From assembly GCA_965215015.1 (NCBI GenBank), contig OZ244042.1, forward strand, positions 3,072,001-3,136,000: a DNA stretch of 64,000 nt, in the 5' to 3' direction. This document shows positions 1 through 10,957 of this stretch, piece after piece. The first letter of the stretch is position 1, and each line of letters starts with the position of its first letter. Position numbers and translations under genes: made by a program. The notes under the pieces were generated by a model. That model was given only the letters and a program-made list of their open reading frames with translations. It made no database searches and had not been told where the DNA came from. The DNA comes from Candidatus Poribacteria bacterium (GTDB lineage: Bacteria; Poribacteria; WGA-4E; PCPOR2b).

Positions 1-271
1 GGCAAACCGGCAGAGGAGATTGCTATCTTTGCGCGGGCATATTGAAATCGTGTGCTGTCATAGGGATTGTGTTTATCTTAACGCCAGTTACTATCTGTTG
101 CTCTAATGCTTGTCTGAATATAAAACGTAATGTGTAAGAGGTTCATTATAGTTCACCGGTTCAAGCAAAATCCTACACCCAATCGAAAGTAGGTACGCTA
201 TGCCATCCCGTTATTTGCACAAGGGTTACGGCATACGGGGTATGCCTACTACTAGCAACTTGGGTTATCTT

Positions 272-1333
272 ATGCGCCAAGCAGTATCCCTAAGTGCTTT
301 TCTTCTTACCTGTACCATCTTTGCCTTTTGGCTGCTAGCATGTTGGGAAACACTAGCTGGTGACCCCAAGGTAACAACATCAGAAGCGGTTGTTACAGAA
401 GGTAACAGCGAAGTGCTCCATCTCTACACGGCTCTCGACACCAATGAGGCAAAGATCTATATCCGTGCCTTTGAGGAAGAGAGTGGCATTCAGGTGCGAT
501 GGGTGCGCTTGTCCGCAGGGGAGGTGTTGGTGCGGATCAGAAGCGAGCGAACCAACCCACAGGTCACACTTTGGTTTGGAGGACCATCGCCAGAGTTTAT
601 TGTCGCTAAAAACGAAGGGTTACTTGCTCCGTATGCACCGCGTGTCGATTTTGAGCCACCCTCCGGCACATTCGACAAAGCGCACTACTGGACAGGCTTC
701 TACTTCGGTGCAATCGGCTTTGCGTCGAACACAGAGATTTTAGCCCGCAAAGAGATTACACCACCAACCTCGTGGTACGACCTATTAAAACCCGAACTCA
801 AAGGTGAGATTAGTGTGGCTTATGCCTATACATCGGGCACCGCCAACACACTGCTCGCTGCGATTGTGCAGATGATGGGTGAGGATGCAGGTTTTGATTA
901 TATTGCAAAGTTAGACCGAAATGTTCACCACTACAACAGGTCCGGATCAGCGTGTGTGACGCAGGTAGGTTTCGGCGAGGTCGCCGTGGGGATTGCTTTT
1001 TCGCACGATATTGTCAAGAAAGGCCCCGCGAAAGGGTATCCGGTCGTGTTGAGCTTTCCGAAAGAGGGAACAGGGTTCGAGATCGGTGCGATGGCACTTG
1101 TCAAAGGGGGACCCAATCAAGTCGCTGCAAAGCAATTCATGGATTGGGCTCTTTCAGTCCAAGCACAGAACTTAATGCAGAAGTGGTTTCGGACCCCATT
1201 GAATCCGAAAGCCAAAGTCGCACCAGGGGCCGTCACTGCTGATAAGGTGAAGCTGATTCAGTTTGACCCCATCTGGGCGGCGAACCATCGGCAGAGATTG
1301 GTTGAACGATGGAGAGAAATTACAACACAATGA
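272..1333 (+). CDS. ABC transporter substrate-binding protein (Fe3+/AfuA-like family)
   Basis: Hydrophobic signal after MRQAVS; family motifs WFGGP, PTSWYDLLKPELKGEI, SGTA, FPKEGTGFEIGAMALVKG. ATG 272 preferred over 200 because 200-270 is repeat DNA. No permease gene is adjacent. Confidence 0.85.
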   Translation: MRQAVSLSAFLLTCTIFAFWLLACWETLAGDPKVTTSEAVVTEGNSEVLHLYTALDTNEAKIYIRAFEEESGIQVRWVRLSAGEVLVRIRSERTNPQVTLWFGGPSPEFIVAKNEGLLAPYAPRVDFEPPSGTFDKAHYWTGFYFGAIGFASNTEILARKEITPPTSWYDLLKPELKGEISVAYAYTSGTANTLLAAIVQMMGEDAGFDYIAKLDRNVHHYNRSGSACVTQVGFGEVAVGIAFSHDIVKKGPAKGYPVVLSFPKEGTGFEIGAMALVKGGPNQVAAKQFMDWALSVQAQNLMQKWFRTPLNPKAKVAPGAVTADKVKLIQFDPIWAANHRQRLVERWREITTQ

Positions 1334-1342
1334 AAGCAGGGG

Positions 1343-1453
1343 AGGTTCATGTAAGAAATCGTGCAATAGGAACCGAGTTCTTAGCAAGCACGGGCGGGAA
1401 AATCCCACCCCTACGTTCTCTTAGCGTTTTGCACTTTCTTTTAACATGAGCCT
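1343..1453. mobile_element. MITE-like element, family B (termini AGGTTCATG...CATGAGCCT) with internal GTAG-type hairpin
   Basis: Terminal inverted repeat; homologous to 14955-15048, 17169-17260 and partial 20021-20049. Confidence 0.7.
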
Positions 1454-1460
1454 TCCTCTT

Positions 1461-1997
1461 TTACGTAAAAAGATCTGCCACACGACAGCGAAACCCCTTA
1501 ATCGCTGGTTCGCCGCTTAAAGTGTCTTCGATTGTCAAGAGGCTGATGTCCGTGGACGAGCGGTAGGCGATCACCGTTTGAGAAAAGGGCTCAATTACCC
1601 AAACCAGTTGTGTGCCGGCATTGAGATACTCGAAGGCTTTTTCATGCACAGCCTTCATGGCATCCGTTTCTGAGACAACTTCAATAGCTAAATCGGGGGA
1701 AATGGGGAAATTCTGCCACAGGTCGTCGGGGATACGTTCCGAGGCAACAAATGCGACGTCCGGTTTCCTGCCTCTATTTCCTACCGTGAACACTGTCTCT
1801 GCTATATAGAGCTTACCTAATTGATGCTCCTTAATATAGTGAAACAAAAGTCCAAGGATTTCTGCTGCGACATCTCCATGAATAATCTTCGCTGCTGCCA
1901 TCGGAATCAATTTTCCTTCTACAAATTCGTAGGATTCATAATCCCCTTCCAAAAATTCTGTTAGCGTTGATGGGTGCTCAACAGCTTGGGCTTCCAT
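1461..1997 (-). CDS. Uma2 (DUF820) family putative endonuclease
   Basis: YEFVEGKL, H, RKPDVAFV, PDLAIEVVS, YLNAGTQLVWVIEP motifs; AAGGAGG RBS before ATG 1997. Confidence 0.9.
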   Translation of the reverse strand: MEAQAVEHPSTLTEFLEGDYESYEFVEGKLIPMAAAKIIHGDVAAEILGLLFHYIKEHQLGKLYIAETVFTVGNRGRKPDVAFVASERIPDDLWQNFPISPDLAIEVVSETDAMKAVHEKAFEYLNAGTQLVWVIEPFSQTVIAYRSSTDISLLTIEDTLSGEPAIKGFRCRVADLFT

Positions 1998-2048
1998 GGT
2001 GCCTCCTTCATAAGATGGGGTGTTTCTGGCCAAAACAACCTTCTAAAT

Positions 2049-2894
2049 CTATCGCCGATACCCCGCCAATTCTTCCAAACGGCGGATGCGTTCCTCCATT
2101 GGTGGATGGGTACTAAAAAGCCCCGCTATCCCACCACGCAAAGGGCTCACAATAAAGAGATGCGATGTCGCCGCATTCGCTCGCATCGGATGTATTTCAA
2201 CGCCGCGTTCGAGTCGGCGTAGGGCATTTGCCAATGCCAGCGGATTACCACAGATTTCCGCCCCACCACGGTCCGCCGCGTATTCGCGGGAACGGGAGAT
2301 GGCAAACTGAATGATCATTGCAGCAATGGGGGCAACGATAATCAGGAACAACATACCGAGGATTCCCCCGCCATCTTCGTCATCATCTCCACTAAAGCCG
2401 CCAAATAAGGCCGCCCACTGTGCCATATTTGCAATCATCATAATTGCGCCAGCGATTGTAGCGACAATGCTGCTGATCAGAATGTCACGATGCCTGATGT
2501 GTGCTAGTTCATGTCCAATAACACCTGCAAGTTCATCGCGCGATAAGAGGCGCATAATCCCGTCTGTCGCGGCAACCGCTGCGTGGCTTGGACTTCTGCC
2601 GGTAGCAAAGGCATTTGGCATATCGGTTGGAATTGTGTAGACCTGCGGCATCGGTAAGCCTGATTTTTCGGTCTGTTGTTTGACAATCTGGTATAATTCA
2701 CTGTTGGGACTAACTTCCTGTGCTCTATACATTGACAGGACAATCTTATCACTGAACCAGTAGGAACCGAAGTTCATGATTGCTGCCAAGATTAGGGCAA
2801 TTGCCATTCCAACTTCCCCTCCTAGTATATTGCCAATAAACATCAGCAAGGCTGTCAATGCGATCAGGAGTATTCCAGTTTTGAGAATATTCAT
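2049..2894 (-). CDS. htpX: Zinc metalloprotease HtpX (M48)
   Basis: [13 protein letters not shown] zinc motif, [23 protein letters not shown]; GGAGG RBS. Confidence 0.95.
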   Translation of the reverse strand: MNILKTGILLIALTALLMFIGNILGGEVGMAIALILAAIMNFGSYWFSDKIVLSMYRAQEVSPNSELYQIVKQQTEKSGLPMPQVYTIPTDMPNAFATGRSPSHAAVAATDGIMRLLSRDELAGVIGHELAHIRHRDILISSIVATIAGAIMMIANMAQWAALFGGFSGDDDEDGGGILGMLFLIIVAPIAAMIIQFAISRSREYAADRGGAEICGNPLALANALRRLERGVEIHPMRANAATSHLFIVSPLRGGIAGLFSTHPPMEERIRRLEELAGYRR

Positions 2895-3432
2895 TTTGAG
2901 TGACCTCCTTAGAGAAATTTAACTGTGTATTAGGTATAATGGGTAACCTACCGGCCCCATCTGTTAAAACGAGTTTATTTAACGATGAAGTAATTTTCTA
3001 TATCTCGCAATTCTCTATACGAACACACCAAAATTAAGATTTTGTTCGTAAATGATACCGTACAGAGAACATAGATTCAAGTCCACAATCCACACATTTA
3101 CTTTTGATAGCATCTTGCAATATGGCAGAACGTTCCTTCCGAGAGCTTGGACTGTTGTCTTTAGACGTGAGATGGGCTTTTTAAGTGTAGACACTTTTTC
3201 AAATTCGCCGTGACCACTCTGAGATCAAAAAAGGCGGTGGAAAATCTGAAGTCAAATAGTATAAAGATTGGCACAACGGGTAATTCTGCCCATCACTGCC
3301 GCGCTAGAGATGCGAAGGTTCTCATTCAGAATTCTTTGCAATCTGATAAAGTGGTATGATAACATTATGCGCTTGTTCGACATGAATGATTTTTCCTAAC
3401 GGATATGTCCAACCACAGTCAGGGAGATTAAG

Positions 3433-4308
3433 ATGAAAGCAATCAAGATTCGTAATCCGCAGGTAGAAGCGAAAGCATTGCTCGAGATGGATACCAAGCA
3501 GGCAGCCATCCAATTCCAACAGTATACTACTGAGGAACAACTGGCAATCATTGAAACGGTTTCGGATGCGAAAAGCCGCGAGGAGCTATATTACCTCGTC
3601 CCCGATTGTACAGAATTGGTTCAGCAAAGTCCAACTGAGAACGTGATGCAGATGGCACTCGCCCATCTTGGAACCGGACAATCTGCCGGCATTTTATCTG
3701 CAGCGTCTTCCGAGCAACTTGCAGGTATTGTCGATCTGATTGCCTACCAGAATGACAAGCTAGCTGATGCGCGATTTGAGGCATGGCTCATGGAAATGTT
3801 ACACGCGGGAGAGGAGGTCTTTGAGAATATGTTGCGCTCCATTGACCCGCATCTGCTCGGCGAATTTTTCTGGGATCGACTAGGGCTTGCAACCGCAAAA
3901 TCTGATGTAATCCCCTATCCCGCGTTTCTAGTGGAGGCAGCTCTCGCTAGCCCAGAAGATTTAAGTTGCGACACCGAGGATACTGAGCTGCTAATTGAAA
4001 TGCTCTACGCCGCGGATGGTAATCTGTTCCAATCCCTCATGGAGGATATATTCCTTGAAGATAGGACCGCAATAGATGGTTACGCTAGGACAATTAAAGC
4101 GCGGGCAGCGCGAGAAGCTGCCAAAGCCCGAATCGAGGGACGGGACCGAGAAAAAGGTGTGACGGAAGAAGACTTGGAGAAGTTGGTAGATCTCGACAAC
4201 GTGCAACTGAGCGAGGGAGAACCATCTCAAAAGTCTGTCAAAGAGGGTCCCACCGAAGACGATTTGGAAAAGTTAGTAGATCTCGATAATATTCAATTGG
4301 ATGAATAG
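3433..4308 (+). CDS. Acidic hypothetical protein resembling the N-terminal half of DUF6178, with duplicated 18-aa C-terminal motif
   Basis: 291-aa ORF with GGAG RBS; ASSEQL..IVDL...DKL...WL..L.AGEE......IDP pattern recalls DUF6178. Confidence 0.6.
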   Translation: MKAIKIRNPQVEAKALLEMDTKQAAIQFQQYTTEEQLAIIETVSDAKSREELYYLVPDCTELVQQSPTENVMQMALAHLGTGQSAGILSAASSEQLAGIVDLIAYQNDKLADARFEAWLMEMLHAGEEVFENMLRSIDPHLLGEFFWDRLGLATAKSDVIPYPAFLVEAALASPEDLSCDTEDTELLIEMLYAADGNLFQSLMEDIFLEDRTAIDGYARTIKARAAREAAKARIEGRDREKGVTEEDLEKLVDLDNVQLSEGEPSQKSVKEGPTEDDLEKLVDLDNIQLDE

Positions 4309-4349
4309 ATGGCTGGATAAATTACGTCACGCACCATGGAACGACATCA

Positions 4350-5345
4350 ATGGTAAATACAAATCCCCTTATCGAATATGATCCACGATTGTTCCTGTTC
4401 AGGGCATTATCTGAACTAGGGGAACTGGAGAATGTCCCGATTGAACGGATTGACGAGTTCAACCGCCAAATCGTTGCAATTATGAACAAACGCTCAGTGG
4501 TGGAGCCGGTTGACATCTCTAAGCTATCCGAACTACGAACGGTCGCAAGGGATGTCGTTCTTCGCCTCAATCTTGGGCTTGAGCATGGGAGCAAACTCGA
4601 CCTTAGCCGAGCGAGACACCTGCTGGTTCGTAACGATATGATTCGTTTCTATCAAATTGGGAACACATTAATGACCAAACTGAAGCGCGATGCCGAAGCC
4701 GTCCGACAGCGCGCGCGATTAACCATCGCTGAATCAGGAATGGTCCAGATCGGTGCACACCCTGAAGCGGCGATGGAAATACCTCTCCTGAGTCAAACCG
4801 AAGAAGATTTTCTATCAGCACTTATAGAGGGAAATCTGATTATAGGAGAGGTTACCGTTGTCGTCGAATCAACGAGTGAGCAAGAACAACCCCTTGAACA
4901 GCTCAGTCAAGTTAAAATCGCCGAAGGGATGCTGAAAAATCTAGACTTTCGGTTGGATTATCTCCAGACACTTCCTCTTTACCTCATAGTAAAGGAGACG
5001 GATTTCCGATATGTGGAGAGCATGGAATGGTCAGAAGATCTCGTCGGGAAGATTACGTGCTGTATGATGGTCAACCTAGCTATTGATAGCGGAACGCATT
5101 TCTGCATAACGCTTGATAACATTCGCAAATTCAGCGAAGACTGTATCACAGCAGATGGGATTGCTGAAGGAGTTGAGGAAAAACTACTCGCGTGGCTGAT
5201 TGAATATTTGGAAACCCATCAGGCAACGGAACCGGTAATTGATTATGCTTACGATTACTGGATGTATTGGCTGAATCAGTTAGGTAGGTATTTACAAGAA
5301 CCGATAATGGACGGAGATATACTACACGATTGGTTCCTCCTTTGA
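4350..5345 (+). CDS. Hypothetical protein resembling the C-terminal half of DUF6178
   Basis: 331-aa ORF co-oriented with the previous gene; LNLGLE...D...A..LL......FYQIG..L..KL motif recalls DUF6178. Confidence 0.55.
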   Translation: MVNTNPLIEYDPRLFLFRALSELGELENVPIERIDEFNRQIVAIMNKRSVVEPVDISKLSELRTVARDVVLRLNLGLEHGSKLDLSRARHLLVRNDMIRFYQIGNTLMTKLKRDAEAVRQRARLTIAESGMVQIGAHPEAAMEIPLLSQTEEDFLSALIEGNLIIGEVTVVVESTSEQEQPLEQLSQVKIAEGMLKNLDFRLDYLQTLPLYLIVKETDFRYVESMEWSEDLVGKITCCMMVNLAIDSGTHFCITLDNIRKFSEDCITADGIAEGVEEKLLAWLIEYLETHQATEPVIDYAYDYWMYWLNQLGRYLQEPIMDGDILHDWFLL

Positions 5346-5402
5346 CAGGGAACCGTTAAGCCAAATCTATCCGTTTGGGTAGGCCTCTAACCCTATTATG
5401 AG

Positions 5403-5449
5403 TAAAACGTGAAACATGAGGCAGGGAATCCTTCACGTTTCACGTTTTA
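5403..5449. terminator. 18-bp imperfect inverted repeat built from heptamer units, between convergent genes; possible bidirectional terminator
   Basis: TAAAACGTGAAACATGAG ... TTCACGTTTCACGTTTTA. Confidence 0.5.
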
Positions 5450-5456
5450 ATGTGTA

Positions 5457-6224
5457 CTAAGTGGTAACGTTGCAGGTATCAAAGGCTGCTTTCATCGCAG
5501 CGAGTGGATCACCTTTCGGGACAAATTCATGTCCGACGTAAAGGTCATAGTCTGTTTCGGCGATAGCGCGCATGACAGGCGGATAGTAGATTTCCTGTTC
5601 ATCGTCGAGATCTTTACGACCCGGATTCCCCGCCGTGTGGAAATGCCCGATGTAATCAATGCTTTCCTGAATCGTCCGGACGAGGTCCCCTTCCATAATC
5701 TGCATGTGATAAATGTCGTAGAGTAGTTGGACTCGCGACGAGTTGACACCTTTGCAGACCTCTACACCCCAAGGCGTGCGATCGCACTGATAATCAGGGT
5801 GATTCACTTTGCTGTTGAGCAGCTCAATACAAAGGTTAACACCTGCGTTTTCGGCTGCCTTGACAACACGCAGGAGCCCTTCAATAGTATTATCCCGCCC
5901 CTCCTCGTCTGACTTCCCCTCTCGGTTTCCCGAAAAACAGATGAGACCGGGGATGTCATTCGCGGCAGCAACCTCAATATTTTCTAGAATTTCCTGCTCA
6001 ATGCGATCATGATTCTCGCGCTTGTTGAGGCCGTCGGGCAGGGACTGATGCCCAACGATAATCGCGATGCACATCCCATTTTCCTGCACCAGGTGCCAAT
6101 ATTCTGGAGGTGCCATTTCAACGGATTTATAACCAATTCTCGCCGCCTCTTGGATGACTTGTTCAGGAGAGACATTGTCACGAGTGAAACAGCCATAACA
6201 AATTGATTGATTAATTGAGCCCAT
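5457..6224 (-). CDS. Hydroxypyruvate isomerase family TIM-barrel protein
   Basis: ELLNSKVNHPDY, LLYDIYHMQIMEGD, HFHTAGNPGR, GHEF motifs; start MGSINQ at 6224 after AAGGAG. Confidence 0.85.
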   Translation of the reverse strand: MGSINQSICYGCFTRDNVSPEQVIQEAARIGYKSVEMAPPEYWHLVQENGMCIAIIVGHQSLPDGLNKRENHDRIEQEILENIEVAAANDIPGLICFSGNREGKSDEEGRDNTIEGLLRVVKAAENAGVNLCIELLNSKVNHPDYQCDRTPWGVEVCKGVNSSRVQLLYDIYHMQIMEGDLVRTIQESIDYIGHFHTAGNPGRKDLDDEQEIYYPPVMRAIAETDYDLYVGHEFVPKGDPLAAMKAAFDTCNVTT

Positions 6225-6312
6225 TCCTTTCTCCTTTCGTGTCCTCGACCGAAAGTCGAGGACAGGTCTGAGAGGGCGTTTGAAAACAGATTCTATGCTA
6301 ACAAACACTCTC

Positions 6313-7269
6313 TTATAGATCCACTGCTTTGCCTGTTTCAAACGATGTACTCGCCGCCATCATAATCCGGAGCGTCTTCAACGCATCGCTGTAGGGTGAA
6401 AGAATCTTCGATGAATCACCGGTCTTCACGGCATCGATAAACACCCGGTCCCGATCTTGACCTCCATTTTCAGGCAGTGATTCCTCCTTACCTTTCCTAT
6501 TCATGGTGTTCGGTCCGCCGACAGTTACTACCAAACCGCGACAGAAGACCTCAAGTTGTACTCTATTCCAACCTTCCATCGCACAACATGACACGATATT
6601 GGCGATTGTACCGCTCTCGAATTCAATATTGACCATGCTGAGGTCATCGACATCGTACTGAGGAATATCTGTCATGCTCCCACGGGTTGCAACGCCGTGT
6701 ACCATTTTTGCGTCTCCGAGTAGGAAACGCGCCAGATCGAAAATATGCGTTGTTTGCTCGACGTGTTGCCCGCCAGATTGGGCACGGATTCGCCACCAGA
6801 GTGTGCCGGGTAGTCCGCCCATCCAATATCCCAAGGCACCGAGAACAGGGGATTCTTTTTCGAGAATCGATTTCGCATATTGAGCATTGCCGCCATAACG
6901 CCAATGGTATCCAACACTGGTAATAACACTACTCCGCCGGACATCTTCATTGATGATAACTGCTTGCTCTAGGTCCGCAGCAATTGGCTTCTCGATGAAC
7001 ATGGGAACGCCTTGTTCACATGCAATTCGCTCTTGTTCGCCGTGTGCAAAGGGTGGTGTACAGATATAAATGGCGTCGAGGGATTCTTTGTCGTACATTT
7101 CGCGGAAGTCTGTGTAGACGTTACCTCCAAATTCCTCCGCAGCCCCCTGTGCGCGTTCCTCCGAAACATCACACATGGCAGCAAATTCTATATCGTCGAA
7201 GGTTTGCAGGTTTCTCATGTGAGCCCCTGCCATACCACCAGTTCCAATAAAACCGAGTTTTATTTTCAT
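6313..7269 (-). CDS. Gfo/Idh/MocA family oxidoreductase
   Basis: GFIGTGGMA Rossmann motif, EKP, GGQHVEQTTHIFD. Confidence 0.9.
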   Translation of the reverse strand: MKIKLGFIGTGGMAGAHMRNLQTFDDIEFAAMCDVSEERAQGAAEEFGGNVYTDFREMYDKESLDAIYICTPPFAHGEQERIACEQGVPMFIEKPIAADLEQAVIINEDVRRSSVITSVGYHWRYGGNAQYAKSILEKESPVLGALGYWMGGLPGTLWWRIRAQSGGQHVEQTTHIFDLARFLLGDAKMVHGVATRGSMTDIPQYDVDDLSMVNIEFESGTIANIVSCCAMEGWNRVQLEVFCRGLVVTVGGPNTMNRKGKEESLPENGGQDRDRVFIDAVKTGDSSKILSPYSDALKTLRIMMAASTSFETGKAVDL

Positions 7270-7550
7270 GTCTTCTCCTCAAAGCAAGGAATCTAGGACA
7301 GACAAATTTCCTGCGCATATAAAAAAAGTACAAGGCGCAAAAATCTGACTCTTATTTTCAACAGTTTATCAAAAAACGTTCAGTGTATCAACCAGAAATT
7401 TCAGGGCTATTTAGTTTTCGGTTTTCATCCTGCCTGAGCGATGTCCCGGGATTCGGAGATCCCTCCTACAGGAGAACGGAATGCCTCTAGCTTATTATGT
7501 CTTGATTTGGGCCTGTTTGAAGCTATGCTAGCTTTGAGGAGAGGGTTTAA

Positions 7551-7800
7551 TAGGGCTTACGCAGTTGAGTGTGTCGTAACGCCATTCAACCCAAGTCCCG
7601 ATAGACCATAAATCGCTAACTGTCACCACCCGATGAATCGGACGTTGCGAGGCATCTTCACCGAATCTGTAAGGGTGAGGCAGAACCGACCCTCGCTGAA
7701 ATCGGGACTGTCCAATGAATCGGGCAACTACAGTAGGTGTACTATTAAGTATCCGTAGAGAACAACTATTGGTGTTCCCTACGGAAGTGCACAACTCCTA
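7551..7800. mobile_element. MITE-like composite element, family A (termini TAGGRCTTACGCA...TGCRYAACTCCTA)
   Basis: Terminal inverted repeat; internal modules ATGAATCGGGCAACTAC and GGCAGAACC.ACCCTCGCTGAAATCGGG shared with other copies. Confidence 0.7.
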
Positions 7801-7808
7801 TTTAAAAT

Positions 7809-7842
7809 AAAAAAAGGGCAACCACAAGGGGTTGCCCTTTTT
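7809..7842 (-). terminator. Rho-independent terminator after nuoN
   Basis: AAAAAGGGCAACC-loop-GGTTGCCCTTTTT stem with T-runs on both strands, about 60 bp past the nuoN stop. Confidence 0.75.
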
Positions 7843-7901
7843 CATTAGCTGGAAAGGAGGGAAGGGGATATTTGCCTGAGAATTTAGAGAACTCATCCCT
7901 T

Positions 7902-9359
7902 TTAGCCCATCAATCTTCCAAGGGAAGCTCTGGATAGTTCGTATAAGGGGTTCCAATAAATACCGAGTAGGAGAGTCGGAACAACAAAAATCAAGAGCAG
8001 GACAAGACTGCCGGGCGAGAAAGAGAGGGATTCAGTATCATCAGATGTTTCAAGAAACATCGCTTTGACGATTCGCACATAATAGTAAAGTGCCACGACG
8101 CTGTTGAGCAAACCGATAACTGCGAGCCAGTAGAGCTTCTCTTTGATAACAGCGGTAAAAAGAATCCATTTCCCCGCGAAGCCTGCAAGAGGTGGCAGCC
8201 CGGTCAAGGAAAAGAGGAAGATTGCCATTGACACTGCGATGAGCGGTGCACGGGAAACCAACCCACGGTAGCCGTCAATCGTTTCACTACCGACCTCGTT
8301 TGCAATGAGGATAACGACAAAGAATGCTCCCAAGTTCATAAACAGATAGATGATCAGGTAGATGAGAATTGCCTGAAGCCCTTCGCTGGTCAGTAAGACC
8401 CCTCCCATGAGCAGGAAACCGCCGTGTGAAATACTTGAGTAAGCGAGGAGGCGTTTCACATTTTGTTGTGGGAGTGCGGCAAGATTACCGACGGTCATAG
8501 TTAAAGCGGAAATAACAGCCAGCATCAGTGACCAATCAAGAGGAGCATCTGCCGATTTGAGGCCTGAATAGAAAAGTCGAATGAATAAGGCGAACCCTGC
8601 CGACTTGGACGCAACGGATAAAAATGCGGTGATCGGAATTGGTGCACCTTCGTAGACATCGGGGGACCACATGTGAAAAGGCACAGAGGCGATTTTGTAG
8701 CCGACACCCGCAAGGATAAACGTGATTGACAACAGGACAGCCAGTGGATACACATTGCCTTGACTGAACATCTCTCCCAGTCGGCTGCTAATTAGCGCAA
8801 TATCCCCTGTGCCAGTCATACCAAATAGGAGGGAGATACCAAATAGCATTGTTCCCGATGATATTGCGCCAAAGGTGATATACTTGAATGCCGCTTCGCT
8901 CGAACGTGGACTATGCGTCAAGAATCCGGCGAGGATGTAGGAGGTTAGACTGACCATTTCGAGCGACAGGTAAATCATCAGGAGATGGGTTGACGATGCC
9001 ATCAGATACATACCCAGCGTCACTGCAAGCAGCAGCGCGTAGTATTCACCCTTTGTCTCCGGATCGAGTTCAACCGAACGGACCGAAAATAGAATCGTTG
9101 CAGCGGTAGCAACTGAGATAATTATTTTAAAGAACATGGCGAAACTATCGAGCCGAACCATGCCGAGAAACAGGGAGCGGTCTTCGGATCCAACCACAAT
9201 TACTGTAATCACTGCCACCACAAGCCCAACAAGCGAGAGATAGGCGACAACCTCGCCGCCTCTTTTTTTAGACGCCAGATCATATAAGATGACGACCACC
9301 GCAAAGACAACTAAAACGATTTCTGGTATAAAATAAGGAATACTTGCAATGTTTGTCAA
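7902..9359 (-). CDS. nuoN: NADH-quinone oxidoreductase subunit N
   Basis: Multi-TM antiporter-like subunit; SSEAAFKY, KIASVPFHMWSPDVYEGAP, KRLLAYSSISH. Confidence 0.95.
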   Translation of the reverse strand: MTNIASIPYFIPEIVLVVFAVVVILYDLASKKRGGEVVAYLSLVGLVVAVITVIVVGSEDRSLFLGMVRLDSFAMFFKIIISVATAATILFSVRSVELDPETKGEYYALLLAVTLGMYLMASSTHLLMIYLSLEMVSLTSYILAGFLTHSPRSSEAAFKYITFGAISSGTMLFGISLLFGMTGTGDIALISSRLGEMFSQGNVYPLAVLLSITFILAGVGYKIASVPFHMWSPDVYEGAPIPITAFLSVASKSAGFALFIRLFYSGLKSADAPLDWSLMLAVISALTMTVGNLAALPQQNVKRLLAYSSISHGGFLLMGGVLLTSEGLQAILIYLIIYLFMNLGAFFVVILIANEVGSETIDGYRGLVSRAPLIAVSMAIFLFSLTGLPPLAGFAGKWILFTAVIKEKLYWLAVIGLLNSVVALYYYVRIVKAMFLETSDDTESLSFSPGSLVLLLIFVVPTLLLGIYWNPLYELSRASLGRLMG

Positions 9360-9371
9360 TGGAGCCTCCCC

Positions 9372-10856
9372 TTATTGTACAAGCGGCAGTATACTCACAG
9401 CTTCTCTAAACATATCAATGGCGATCGAGGGCCAAATGCCGAGCACAATCGTAAGAATACCTAACGGTACCAATGTTGCAATTTCCCGCCCATTGATTTC
9501 GGTGATGTCTTTGTATTTCGGGTTCAACTCTCCCAAAAAGACACGCTGTAAGGTCCAGAGGAAGTAAGCCGCCCCGACAACAATACCGGCGGTCGAAAGG
9601 ATTGTCAGCACCTTGAATTTACTGTATGCACCAAGTAGAGACAAGGCTTCTCCCACGAAACCGCTGAGCCCTGGCAATCCCAAGGACGCCATAAACGCCA
9701 GCGTTGTTATGCCGGTGTATATCGGCATTTTGCTGCCGAGTCCACCGAAACCGTTGATTTCGCGATGGTGCGCTCGGTCATACACAACACCTACCAAGAG
9801 GAACAGCATCGCGCTGATCACGCCGTGATTGAACATCTGAAGGATAGCACCGGTTAATCCGCTCTCATTTCGCGCCGCAAGCCCTATCAGGACAAATCCC
9901 ATGTGTCCAATACTGGAATAGGCAACAAGTTTCTTGAAGTCCGTTTGTGCCAATGCACAGAGTGAACCGTAAACGATGTTGATAAAACCAAGGATTGCCA
10001 ACGAATTCCCCCACCTGCCTTCGCCATTGCAAAAGAAGTCCATCCCTTCCGGCAACATCGCAAAGTTTACACGAACCAGTCCATAAGTCCCCATCTTCAA
10101 AAGGATGCCCGCAAGGATGACACTAATCGCGGTCGGTGCTTCTACGTGAGCGTCGGGGAGCCACGTGTGGAAAGGGAAGATTGGCACTTTAACCGCAAAG
10201 CCGATGAAGAAACCGAGAAACGCCCATATCTGGAATGTGGGGTCCGCAAGCGCGTGGCCTGGGGTTTTCGCAAGTTCAATCAACGTTGGAATATCAAAGG
10301 TGCCGCCCTTGAGGTAGACAGCAATCATGGCGATAAGCATCAGGACACTACCGAAAAGGGTATACAGGAAAAACTTAATTGCCGCATACTCACGTCTCGG
10401 GCCGCCCCATATCCCGATCAGGAAGTACATCGGGAGTAGTGTGAGCTCAAAGAAGACATAGAATAGGAACATATCCAGAGCGCAGAAGAAACCGATCATC
10501 CCCGTTTCTAAGAGCAGAAACAGCGCAAGGTACGCTTTAATCCCTTTCTCGATTTTCCACGATGCGAGGACACATATTGGACCCAACAGTGCTGTTAAAA
10601 GCACTAGTGTCACGCTTAGTCCGTCAATTCCAACGTGGTAGTGGATTTTGAATGCTTGAATCCACATCACGTCTTCTTCAAACTGATGTCCCGATGCAGA
10701 TCGGTCATACGTAATAAAAAGGAATACTGCAATCAGCAGCGGGATTAGCGTGACAATAAACGTCACACGCTTAGCGAGTTCCTCCTGTTCTCGCCGAATA
10801 GCAAATAAAACCACAAGCATCCCTAGCAAAGGGATAAAAATCATCAACGATAGCAT
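9372..10856 (-). CDS. nuoM: NADH-quinone oxidoreductase subunit M
   Basis: KFFLYTL, KVPIFPFHTWLPDAHVEAPT, LLKMGTYG, GLPGLSGFVGE. Confidence 0.95.
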   Translation of the reverse strand: MLSLMIFIPLLGMLVVLFAIRREQEELAKRVTFIVTLIPLLIAVFLFITYDRSASGHQFEEDVMWIQAFKIHYHVGIDGLSVTLVLLTALLGPICVLASWKIEKGIKAYLALFLLLETGMIGFFCALDMFLFYVFFELTLLPMYFLIGIWGGPRREYAAIKFFLYTLFGSVLMLIAMIAVYLKGGTFDIPTLIELAKTPGHALADPTFQIWAFLGFFIGFAVKVPIFPFHTWLPDAHVEAPTAISVILAGILLKMGTYGLVRVNFAMLPEGMDFFCNGEGRWGNSLAILGFINIVYGSLCALAQTDFKKLVAYSSIGHMGFVLIGLAARNESGLTGAILQMFNHGVISAMLFLLVGVVYDRAHHREINGFGGLGSKMPIYTGITTLAFMASLGLPGLSGFVGEALSLLGAYSKFKVLTILSTAGIVVGAAYFLWTLQRVFLGELNPKYKDITEINGREIATLVPLGILTIVLGIWPSIAIDMFREAVSILPLVQ

Positions 10857-10957
10857 CCAGTGAAATCCTCCTCGTTAAAAGCGTCCGTAGGTAGCGCAGA
10901 TTTGAAATCTATTCCTACTATTCATAGCGTGATGCGCCAGATTCTCCACGCTTCACG

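Noticed and set aside
1-45. Possible end of a universal-stress-protein-like gene (GKPAEEIAIFARAY*)
   Set aside because: Only 14 codons are visible at the window edge; too little to call.
7528-7794. Small ORFs within repeats (7528-7794, 14945-15157, 54632-54886, 57262-57471)
   Set aside because: They lie largely or wholly in MITE/REP DNA with no coding signal.
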